IMG/VR virus record: IMGVR_UViG_3300032289_001255
Location: 1 to 64,000 of that record
Length of the DNA stretch: 64,000 nt
Direction: 5' to 3' (one strand)
From: a virus
Taxonomy: Duplodnaviria > Caudoviricetes
In this document: positions 48,667-57,162 of the stretch, piece after piece
How the letters are laid out: every line of letters begins with the position of its first letter
How positions within the stretch are numbered: position 1 is the first letter of the stretch
Translations under genes and position numbers: made by a program
Notes under the pieces: generated by a model
What the model was told of the DNA's origin: nothing
What the model saw: only the letters and a program-made list of their open reading frames with translations
The model's database searches: none

Positions 48667-49349
48667 TTTTTTGACAGAAGTTTTTTTGTTTTTTTCCAAC
48701 CCCTCTGTTTATTGTGATCTACCCAACAAAAATTTACAATTTTACATATGGCGCCTTTTTCACAATTTTCTATAAATTGACCTTCTTGACCACCCCAAAT
48801 GCCGTCTCCCTCATTGTATTTATTATTTTTATTGAAGTAACAAAAATCATTAAACTTGTATTTGTGATAGTGTTCTTTTGTGAATCCAAACATAAATCCC
48901 CCTATGTTTTTTGTATATACGATTCCTTCTCTGGGACCGTGACTATATTGATTTTCAATAAAAACGCCGTTTGTTAGAGGACTATATATAGTGTTTACAC
49001 TTTTAGGATCAGTATTAATATGATCGATAAATTTGTTTACACTGTCATTGAATATAATATCATCATTAGTATTGATTATGATATTACACCCATCATTTAC
49101 AGCATTATAAATGCCTTGATTCCAAGCTCCTGTAATTCCTTCTATTGACTGATCTTCGATTTTAAAATATTTAACATTTGAATACGTTAGTATGTTAGAC
49201 GGATATTGACTTGCATTATCAATAACGTATATTATTTTATCGCATATAATAACATCATTTATGGAATTTACTAATTTTTTTATAAATATATCTCCATTGG
49301 GTCTTAGTTCGTCAGACCAATGCATAGCTACACAAATTCCGATTTTCAT
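48663..49349 (-). CDS. Glycosyltransferase, GT-A (GT2-like)
   Basis: 'YVIDNAS', 'AWNQG', 'NTNDDI', 'GGFMFG', 'VDH'. Confidence 0.75.
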   Translation of the reverse strand: MKIGICVAMHWSDELRPNGDIFIKKLVNSINDVIICDKIIYVIDNASQYPSNILTYSNVKYFKIEDQSIEGITGAWNQGIYNAVNDGCNIIINTNDDIIFNDSVNKFIDHINTDPKSVNTIYSPLTNGVFIENQYSHGPREGIVYTKNIGGFMFGFTKEHYHKYKFNDFCYFNKNNKYNEGDGIWGGQEGQFIENCEKGAICKIVNFCWVDHNKQRGWKKTKKLLSKK

Positions 49350-50356
49350 TCAACTATGATGCCTTTCATATTTTTAAATAGATCGTAGTAATGTAGAGCC
49401 AATTTATTTAAATCGTACACTTCCATATATTTACGTCTCATATTTTCTACATAAAATGATTGTAAGTTATTAAAGTCTGAGAGAACATAATCTATCTTTT
49501 CGTTGAGATCGGAAAAATCATGTTTACATGGCACGTAGGTTTCGTGTGGTATATACAAGTTGGGAATAGTTTCCAAATGGGACATGTCCGGTTTTATTAA
49601 TACAGATCCAAACATTGTAGCTTCTAAATCTCTCGGTGCTATTTCTCCAAAACCAAATGGAGCTAATGTGATTTTGGAATTTGACATTCTATTGTAATAC
49701 TCGTTAAGAGGCAACCGAATGCCATTTTCTAATTTAGCGACTTTAAATTTACCGGACAAATTGTTAAATACATTTTGTCGGAATTTATTATAATAGATTG
49801 CTTGATTTAGTCCATGTTCAAACACATCTTTATGTGGATACATAAACATGGCGGATATATCAAAATATTTATTGCTGTTATAATTTAACCATTGAGGTTG
49901 TATTGTAGATAACCAATTAAATCCTGATAACTTAATCTTATCTAAAAGATTTAAATTGGATATACTGTATCCACCACTTCCCCAGTATAAACGACCATTT
50001 GCATACTTGTTAAGATATTCATTTCTATTTTTATATAAGGTTGGTTTTAATAAATAAATTGCTTTTGACTGTTCAAGTACTTCATACGAACCCATCAGTG
50101 TGGCAGCATCTTGTCCATCAAATAGAAAATACGGTTCTTTTACAGTTTCTAAAAATTTCAAACCAGATGATACTGATTCTGATAAAGATGTCTTTTTATT
50201 GACAAAACTTGCATGTCCTACAAAAGCAAAATCTGCTGGGCCATCTGTTACAAATTCTATACCAATTTCATTGAATATATGTCTTGCAAATAAAAGTGGC
50301 CGAAATGTAGTTTCATTTCGATGTTTATAAAGTTCATATATTTTTATTTTTATCAT
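49346..50356 (-). CDS. Glycosyltransferase, GT-B/CgeB-like
   Basis: 'SKITLAPFGFGEIAPRDLEATMFGSVLIKPD', 'ETYVPC'. Confidence 0.7.
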   Translation of the reverse strand: MIKIKIYELYKHRNETTFRPLLFARHIFNEIGIEFVTDGPADFAFVGHASFVNKKTSLSESVSSGLKFLETVKEPYFLFDGQDAATLMGSYEVLEQSKAIYLLKPTLYKNRNEYLNKYANGRLYWGSGGYSISNLNLLDKIKLSGFNWLSTIQPQWLNYNSNKYFDISAMFMYPHKDVFEHGLNQAIYYNKFRQNVFNNLSGKFKVAKLENGIRLPLNEYYNRMSNSKITLAPFGFGEIAPRDLEATMFGSVLIKPDMSHLETIPNLYIPHETYVPCKHDFSDLNEKIDYVLSDFNNLQSFYVENMRRKYMEVYDLNKLALHYYDLFKNMKGIIVE

Positions 50357-50390
50357 TTAATTTATTGAAAGTTTATATAGCAAGAAGAGT

Positions 50391-50951
50391 TCATACTTCT
50401 ATACAAATAAGTCCTTCGTAGTCAAACAATTGACGGGTAAAAGTAGACTCTGGTGGATGTCCAATATATTGCACCACTTTAATTTTTTCGTGTGTGATTA
50501 GATCATTAATTGCTTGTTTTATTTCTGGAAATGCGCCGTAGTCGTCATAAATAAAGTACTTTTTGTCATTTGACTTAAAATTTAATGATCGAATTGTATC
50601 ATTGATGACCGCATCATATGTGTGTTCGGCATCAATCAAAAAAACGTCTCCATAGTCTAGTGGTAATATTGTATTATACACATCTTGTGCATAAAATCTA
50701 ACATTTGGTCTATCACTATTAAACTTTTCCGCTAATTCTACGCTTTCTAAATTAAATCCTACTACTTCTTTAAAAAGATAACTTAAAATTTTTGTTGTAT
50801 ATCCAATATTGCTCCCAATCTCTAAACACGTTTTATTTTTAAATTCGTCTTTATCAAAAAATTCAAACAGTTCACGTTTAAATTTATGACTCGTTGTGGT
50901 TTTGTGTTGAAACTTATCTGGTATATTAACCAACAATTCTTCGATATTCAT
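50391..50951 (-). CDS. Class I SAM-dependent methyltransferase
   Basis: 'CLEIGSNIGYTT', 'LIDAEHTYDAV', 'YDDY'. Confidence 0.8.
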   Translation of the reverse strand: MNIEELLVNIPDKFQHKTTTSHKFKRELFEFFDKDEFKNKTCLEIGSNIGYTTKILSYLFKEVVGFNLESVELAEKFNSDRPNVRFYAQDVYNTILPLDYGDVFLIDAEHTYDAVINDTIRSLNFKSNDKKYFIYDDYGAFPEIKQAINDLITHEKIKVVQYIGHPPESTFTRQLFDYEGLICIEV

Positions 50952-50957
50952 ATAATA

Positions 50958-51734
50958 TTAACTTAAATTTCCCAAAAACCCACGTTGACATTCTAATAAA
51001 TAATGACTAATTCTTCGTACATTAGAAAGTCTATAACTTCTATTAGATATGTTCTTATCAACTAAGTATCGTGAAAAATTACGACATATGTTATTCCAGT
51101 TTGACAATGCTTTTAAATCGATTGGACTAGGTGATACAACTTGATTTTCACGTGTTAATGTAACGTTATTATAGTTTAAAAATGATTCTCTATCCAATAA
51201 AATTTCTTTTTTAAACACATTAAATGATCCCCTCGGAGTTAACGTATTTTCATAAAAACAATTTCCCACATGTAACCAATTATCATCTTTAATTGCTTTT
51301 ACTTTATTGTTTTCTGAGAAAAAGTAAGATTCTACCGTGTTATTTACAATGTCAGATATTATATTTAAATTTGTTATATAGTTGTCATCGTGAAAGAAAA
51401 ATAAATAATCAGGAATTTCATTGTGATCTGAAAAATATTGATTTATAAAATAAAAATCGCCGATTACATTTTGATATTCTTGATATTCTATATTCCAGTT
51501 TTTCAGATTTTGTTGAATAAGTCTCTGTGAATATAATTTAAAATCTAATTCATTAACTTTATTGTTACGTATAAAATTCAATTTTTCATTATAAACCAAA
51601 GGAATTTCTGGATTTCTATGAGAAACTACGAATTTTTTAATGTTACAATTTTCAGGACAATTTAACTGTGAAATTTGTTTATAAAATTCATAAGGAAAAT
51701 GCCATCCACCAATTAGTATCAATATATTTTTCAT
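50958..51734 (-). CDS. Probable GT-A-like protein
   Basis: 'GGWHFP', 'GDF', 'FFHDDNYI'. Confidence 0.5.
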   Translation of the reverse strand: MKNILILIGGWHFPYEFYKQISQLNCPENCNIKKFVVSHRNPEIPLVYNEKLNFIRNNKVNELDFKLYSQRLIQQNLKNWNIEYQEYQNVIGDFYFINQYFSDHNEIPDYLFFFHDDNYITNLNIISDIVNNTVESYFFSENNKVKAIKDDNWLHVGNCFYENTLTPRGSFNVFKKEILLDRESFLNYNNVTLTRENQVVSPSPIDLKALSNWNNICRNFSRYLVDKNISNRSYRLSNVRRISHYLLECQRGFLGNLS

Positions 51735-51994
51735 CTAACGTTATATCCTTTGTTTTCTTCTTGAGTAAACATTTTATTATAGTTTAAATTTGTCTGTCTC
51801 TGTTTTTCTATAGTCTTTTCGTGAATAATTGCATAATCTTTTTGCGGAGGTATAAAGACATAACTTTTGAAGCCTTCTACTTTTTCATGTAATCTTCTTT
51901 CGTACCTAATGTGTGGTAAATTACGATATAATCTGGATTGATAATCGGGTACATTTATTAAAGGAGGATTGTATTTAATTTTAATGAGTGCCAT
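51731..51994 (-). CDS. C-terminal fragment of a split GT2 glycosyltransferase
   Basis: 'INVPDYQSRLYRN...LHEKV...AIIHEKT' is the usual C-terminal part (PDYQxRL, HE, H) of the GT2 type begun at 53332. Confidence 0.75.
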   Translation of the reverse strand: MALIKIKYNPPLINVPDYQSRLYRNLPHIRYERRLHEKVEGFKSYVFIPPQKDYAIIHEKTIEKQRQTNLNYNKMFTQEENKGYNVR

Positions 51995-52793
51995 AATATT
52001 TTTCCAATAAAAATTCTTTTGAGATTGAACTTTTTGTATTTTTAATACTATTTTGATTTGATGGTATAAATTCTAGATTATCTATAGATCCAACTATTTT
52101 TGGATCTATACCATCTTTAAAACCTTGCTTAATACTCAATTTATGATCCAAACTATATGATCCTGATACTTCTATTCTAGCTCTTTTGTTATAATTTTCT
52201 AATTCTGTTAAATTATTTTGGTTAGTATAATACCAGACTAATTGCTTATATTGTTGCCATTCCGATTTTTTTGTTAATGGGGTAAAATATCCAAGATTCT
52301 CCATAGTTTTTCTCCACTGTTCTACAGATCTATTTTCTGAAACTGATTTTGAAACTTTTTCCCTATATTCTTTGTTTTTCCAAAACAGTTCGGTGTGTTT
52401 GCCAATTATTTTCTTAGTGATTTCATCGTGTTTAAATCCAGTATGTTTTTTTGCATTATTATCTATAATATCATTTGTATATTTCGTCAATCCTTTGTTC
52501 CAAGGCGGATTGTTTTTTCTATATTCAATCATTCGTTTTGAATGTAGTTCGCCCATTTTTTTTAAAGATGAATTGTTTTCTTTTGTTAAACCACGATTCC
52601 AACTTCCACATTTATTACATTTTCGTTTTTCTCTGAAACAACATCTCGCTGAGATCACATTTTTATGAATGATATTCACGGAACATTTCGGACATTTTCT
52701 AATCCACAAAATATTTCCGTTGTCATCTTTTGCTTCTATGATTGAAGAATAATCAATGGTTGTAGTGCCTTTAGGTCTCATATTATTATACAT
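51981..52793 (-). mobile_element. Homing endonuclease gene (Zn ribbon + NUMOD3-like repeats + HNH/His-Me finger) inserted in the GT2 gene
   Basis: 'CPKC...CNKC', repeated 'SWNRGLTKE/PWNKGLTKY', 'GFKHDEITKKII', C-terminal 'SLDHKLSI...NLEFIPSNQNSIK'. Confidence 0.75.
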
Positions 52794-52816
52794 TCTTTAT
52801 CAATGGAGAGTGTTTA

Positions 52817-53332
52817 TTAATATATATTAGATTCTTCCAATATAAATCCATTAATTTTTAAAAATTTATATTCATTCGATTCGTTGTCTATTATTTTTTC
52901 ATTTATTAAATCTTTAAATGTACTACATTGCCAACCCCACATATTGATGTCTTGTTGTGTCACCCCGTGGAAATAATTTAAACGTGGCAACCATAATACT
53001 TCATTGTTATTGTTCGATTCAATAATTAAATCTATATTCTCTATCAATCCATCCGTGGGAATTTCATCTGCATCTAGTTGAAAGATCCATTCACCTTTAC
53101 ATAATTCTATACCATAGTTTTTATGTGCACCATAATTTTTATCTAATTTATGTTGATAAAAATTTATCTTTTCTTTATATTTCTGTATAATTTCCAAAGT
53201 TTTTGGATTGTCTGAATAATCATCAAGAAGAACGATCTCATGTTGTTCTTTTATGTTGGAAATTAATTTGTTTAATAGTTTTTCTAAACTATCTGTTTCA
53301 TTATGACACGTTACTAGATAAGATAAAAACAT
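52817..53332 (-). CDS. N-terminal fragment of a split GT2 glycosyltransferase
   Basis: 'SYLVTCHNE', 'LDDYS', 'HKNYG', 'QLDADE' (DxD), 'PRLN', 'WGW'; stops before the PDYQ motif. Confidence 0.8.
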   Translation of the reverse strand: MFLSYLVTCHNETDSLEKLLNKLISNIKEQHEIVLLDDYSDNPKTLEIIQKYKEKINFYQHKLDKNYGAHKNYGIELCKGEWIFQLDADEIPTDGLIENIDLIIESNNNNEVLWLPRLNYFHGVTQQDINMWGWQCSTFKDLINEKIIDNESNEYKFLKINGFILEESNIY

Positions 53333-53333
53333 A

Positions 53334-54671
53334 TTAAGCTATCTTTAATTTTGGAAGTGTTAGTTTATTTTCCGTTGGGGTATTATTAATTGATTTTAAT
53401 TTCGGTAATACAAACGCATTTTCAACTGCAAATGTTGGAACATATTTATCCAAGATAGACCACAGTCTTGTATCCATTGCAGTCATACTGAATTTTTCCA
53501 TGTTTTCTTTACGTAGAAGTTCAGCGTTTTTAGTAAATTTATCACTCTTTCGAGCAAAGTATATTTGTTTCATTCTATCTTCCGCTAGGGAATATGATAC
53601 TTTGAACCATTTGCTTTCTTTAATAATCCATTGATTTACTGACTTTTTATCTACATCAACAAGATTACCGGATAATAAATTAGCATATGTTGGATTTAGA
53701 TAATCCAAGTGACCACTCCAATTAGGCGCCAATAGTGGTTTACCACTTAGTGTTGATAGAAGAAGTGGATGTCCATATCCTTCACCGTGAGTAAATGAAA
53801 CGTGAGCTATAATCTTTTCGTGATTCATCAAAGCATTCATTTCTGGTTCGGATAATTCTCCATGCAAAAGATACACATTTGGAGCATTTTCGCCGATTTC
53901 ATCACGAACTTTCTTAATCCTAGATAGAATTTCAAATCGATCTACAGTTGAATATGAAGCTCCACCTGTTTTTACAATGAGACATGGACGGTCATTTAGA
54001 GACTGATTCTTAAATGATGTACAGAATGTCTTAATTAGATTTCCAATATCCTTACGATCATTATAAAGTCCGCCATGTGTCCACTGACCTATAAATAAGA
54101 ATGCAGAAGTTTCTTTGATGCTTGATAAAGCAGTTTCAACGGATTCAAGTTTTTCATCCGTCTTTTTAAAGATGTTGGTATCTGCTCCCCAGAAACACAC
54201 TTCGATTGGTTTTTCAACTTGAATTGGAATTTGTTGACCGTTTTCCAATTGTTTTGCTAACTTTGTCTCGGTAAATGTCTTTTTAACATGATTAGACAAT
54301 CCGATAGTAAGATTCATTCTATTAACACCTTCGATCCAACTGCCTGGTGGAATAGTAGTTTCAATACCAGCGGTCATTCCAATATTGTATTTGCCAATTG
54401 GTTGGAATTCTTCTGGAATGGTTAGTTGAATAAATACATCTGGTTGTTTATTTAAACCATTAGTGATTATTTTTGAAGCGACTATTTTATCTTCGGGATC
54501 AGTGAGATCTTCTAGAAAACGTTTACTTTGACAATTTCCCCATCTAGTGGGTGCAATTTTAACATCATACTTATCATAACGAATGATGCTTTTTGCAACA
54601 GCTGTTGCCCAGTCGCCATATCCGCTGCGGTTAAATACTGGTCCTGAAATTAGACATAATGGTTTGCTCAT
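53334..54671 (-). CDS. Glycosyltransferase, GT-B (GT4-like)
   Basis: 'SRSGYG'-like 'NRSGYGDWA', 'AGIETT', 'RKDIGNLIK', 'EGYGHPLL'. Confidence 0.85.
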   Translation of the reverse strand: MSKPLCLISGPVFNRSGYGDWATAVAKSIIRYDKYDVKIAPTRWGNCQSKRFLEDLTDPEDKIVASKIITNGLNKQPDVFIQLTIPEEFQPIGKYNIGMTAGIETTIPPGSWIEGVNRMNLTIGLSNHVKKTFTETKLAKQLENGQQIPIQVEKPIEVCFWGADTNIFKKTDEKLESVETALSSIKETSAFLFIGQWTHGGLYNDRKDIGNLIKTFCTSFKNQSLNDRPCLIVKTGGASYSTVDRFEILSRIKKVRDEIGENAPNVYLLHGELSEPEMNALMNHEKIIAHVSFTHGEGYGHPLLLSTLSGKPLLAPNWSGHLDYLNPTYANLLSGNLVDVDKKSVNQWIIKESKWFKVSYSLAEDRMKQIYFARKSDKFTKNAELLRKENMEKFSMTAMDTRLWSILDKYVPTFAVENAFVLPKLKSINNTPTENKLTLPKLKIA

Positions 54672-54672
54672 A

Positions 54673-55392
54673 TTATTGATTAAATTGTTTTGTATCTCTT
54701 TCGTTAACTAACTGACTATACTTTTTGTTTGGAGTAGGAATTCCACCTAAACTATTATAGAGTGCTTCCATTTTACTCATTTGAACTTGAGCTATTTCGG
54801 CTTTCTCTGTTTTTTTAACATCGGTACTACCAAATCCACCGTCGCCTCTGTCTGTAGAATCTAGTTCATTTACTAATACAAATTCTACGTCTTCAACTCT
54901 GGTTATTTTTAGTTGACAAACTTTATCCCCCTTTTTATAGAGTTTTTCAATATTTGGTTTTCCTACTATATAATTGTACAATGGAGATCCATCATTTGAT
55001 AGATGGGGATATATACTATAATCTTCTGGTTGCCAAATATATTTAAATCGAAGCAATACCTCACCACGATAATCTGCATCGATTAATCCAATACAGTTAG
55101 CTAACACCAGATTATATTTACTAACACTACTACGAGGAAATGCTAGAATATCATAATCAATATCAGTATAACCAAAGTTACTGAATTGACGATCTTTTTG
55201 AACTGCCAACTTAAGATTGGTCTTGTATTGAATGTAGTCAATGCGTTTGTATGTACCATTCTCATACTGATCACCAACGATCTCTGGATCACTTGTAACA
55301 AGTACATCAAATCCAGTAGCTCTATCAGTACCTTTCTTTGGTAGATTTTCTACATCTTGATAATCTTCGTTCTTTAATACTTGAATTTTCAT
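54673..55392 (-). CDS. dut: Trimeric dUTPase
   Basis: 'ATGFDV', 'FPRSS', 'GLIDADYRGEV', 'KVCQL', 'RGDGGFGST'. Confidence 0.9.
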   Translation of the reverse strand: MKIQVLKNEDYQDVENLPKKGTDRATGFDVLVTSDPEIVGDQYENGTYKRIDYIQYKTNLKLAVQKDRQFSNFGYTDIDYDILAFPRSSVSKYNLVLANCIGLIDADYRGEVLLRFKYIWQPEDYSIYPHLSNDGSPLYNYIVGKPNIEKLYKKGDKVCQLKITRVEDVEFVLVNELDSTDRGDGGFGSTDVKKTEKAEIAQVQMSKMEALYNSLGGIPTPNKKYSQLVNERDTKQFNQ

Positions 55393-56354
55393 GAAATAGT
55401 CTGCTTAATATTTTCTAAATTTACAACGTGTAAATCAAACCCCAATTTATCATTAGGTAATGATTTAATATCACAACCATCTTCAGTAAAAATGTCAAAT
55501 GTTTTAACTGGATTAAAATTATTTAATGTGAAGTCCATGGCTTTAATAAACTGATTACACATGTTTATACTATTAATTCCACCTTCATTCATTGCCCATC
55601 TACGACCTTCTAATCCATATTGTTCACGTTTATTACTTCCAACCAAATGCCAATAAGCAATTGCATCAGCAATATCAGTATAATTAGTTAGATCATCCAT
55701 GATATATGGAGTAGGAGGGCTTCCTTGAAGATTTTGAACTTTGGTCCAAATTGGTTTCGCCCATACGCCATGTTTCTTGTATCTACCTGTACTATTGGTA
55801 CCAAATTCAAGATTAAATTCTACCGGTTTGCCATCATCTGTAACAATACCCAACTGATCTTGTAAACCGCCTGTTACTGTAGCAATAACCGGAGTACCAC
55901 ACATAATACTTTCAGCGATACTTAGACCAAATCCTTCATTTGAACTAACATTAACGGTAACATCTGATAGATTGTAGAATGCACACATTTCATCCGGACT
56001 TCTACGAGATTCATCCAATACCACTTTATACTCCGGACAAACAGCTTGAACTGTTGCTACAAGATCTGTACCGGCCTCACATACCTTATCTGTATGCATA
56101 ATCAATGCACATTTCTTTGCTTTTTCTTGATCAATAGAAGCACAAAATGATTTAAATGCTAAAATTAGATTTGCTGGATGTTTACGATGTGCATTTCTAC
56201 TATTGAATGCTACGATAAAATTGTATTCACCATCACCAAGTAAGTCCTTCTTTAATTTAGCTATAGAAGAATCTCCTTTTGGAAGTGGTTTAAATTCGTC
56301 ACTGTTAATACCATGCGGTACTAAGTGTAATAGATGTTTTCCTTTTACTGGCAT
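55389..56354 (-). CDS. C-terminal part of a split GT-B (GT4) glycosyltransferase
   Basis: Starts 'MPVKGKHLLHLVPHGIN'; 'RNAHRK', 'EGFGLSIAESIMCGTPVIA'. Confidence 0.8.
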   Translation of the reverse strand: MPVKGKHLLHLVPHGINSDEFKPLPKGDSSIAKLKKDLLGDGEYNFIVAFNSRNAHRKHPANLILAFKSFCASIDQEKAKKCALIMHTDKVCEAGTDLVATVQAVCPEYKVVLDESRRSPDEMCAFYNLSDVTVNVSSNEGFGLSIAESIMCGTPVIATVTGGLQDQLGIVTDDGKPVEFNLEFGTNSTGRYKKHGVWAKPIWTKVQNLQGSPPTPYIMDDLTNYTDIADAIAYWHLVGSNKREQYGLEGRRWAMNEGGINSINMCNQFIKAMDFTLNNFNPVKTFDIFTEDGCDIKSLPNDKLGFDLHVVNLENIKQTIS

Positions 56355-56355
56355 A

Positions 56356-56907
56356 TTAAATGTTCTCCTTTATTAAATTACCGTTGTTGTCAAAATCACC
56401 ATAGATACTGGTACAATTTTCCGGTCCTAATACTTGTTCAATAATATTATGAGTTTGTTTGCTTATTGAAAATAAAGCATCACAACTTTTATAAAACGGT
56501 TTATTCCACATCGGGTATGGTAAATCGTCCCATATTGTTAAATATGTCAGAGGTATTTTGCTGCGGATCTGATGTTCGATATTATATAACCAACCCCAAA
56601 ACCGTGGATCAGTGAAGTGCATAATTGCATCAGGTTTTTCTATAGCAATGATCTGGTATAAAATATCTTCATCTCCATAACCATCTACTGGATATAATCT
56701 AAGGTAATTATCAGATCTACCATTCAACTTATCACATGCGTCTTTCATGTCCACAACTTTGCCGCCCTCTGGATGTTTAATGGCGCCTGCAATTTGCACC
56801 CAGTCATAGTGATGAAGAGTGCCTAATACGAGTTCTCGACTCATTGTAGCCACACCACTATGCATTCTTAAATCATCACTCAATAATAGTATCTTTTTCT
56901 TTTTCAT
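56356..56907 (-). CDS. N-terminal part of a split GT-B (GT4) glycosyltransferase
   Basis: 'KILLLSDDLRMHSGVATMSRELV', 'KPDAIMHFTDPRFW', 'WDDLPYP'. Confidence 0.8.
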   Translation of the reverse strand: MKKKKILLLSDDLRMHSGVATMSRELVLGTLHHYDWVQIAGAIKHPEGGKVVDMKDACDKLNGRSDNYLRLYPVDGYGDEDILYQIIAIEKPDAIMHFTDPRFWGWLYNIEHQIRSKIPLTYLTIWDDLPYPMWNKPFYKSCDALFSISKQTHNIIEQVLGPENCTSIYGDFDNNGNLIKENI

Positions 56908-57119
56908 TTAGATTCCTTTGATAATGAAAATGGAGCATTAAAACTTAACTTAGTAGAAATACTTTCGCTAATTTCTGTTTGAAATTTAGCGTCTATCAAA
57001 TACTTTTCAAGACACTTATTTACAAAGTCTTGGAAAGATATTTTTCCTCGTATATTCAGTTCTTTAAACTGATTATATAATTCTTGATTAAGTTTTACTG
57101 TTGTAACAAATTGATCCAT
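56904..57119 (-). CDS. Small ribbon-helix-helix-like DNA-binding protein
   Basis: 'VTTVKLNQELYNQFKELNIRGKISFQDFVNKCLEKYL' strand-helix-helix pattern; start ATG 57119. Confidence 0.6.
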   Translation of the reverse strand: MDQFVTTVKLNQELYNQFKELNIRGKISFQDFVNKCLEKYLIDAKFQTEISESISTKLSFNAPFSLSKESK

Positions 57120-57162
57120 AACATATGTACATATATAGATATACACATATGTAAAGTATTAA

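Noticed and set aside
51981-52816. Canonical group I intron around the HNH gene
   Set aside because: Almost no non-coding sequence is available for a catalytic core, and the downstream exon has its own ATG. Not formally excluded without a covariance-model search.
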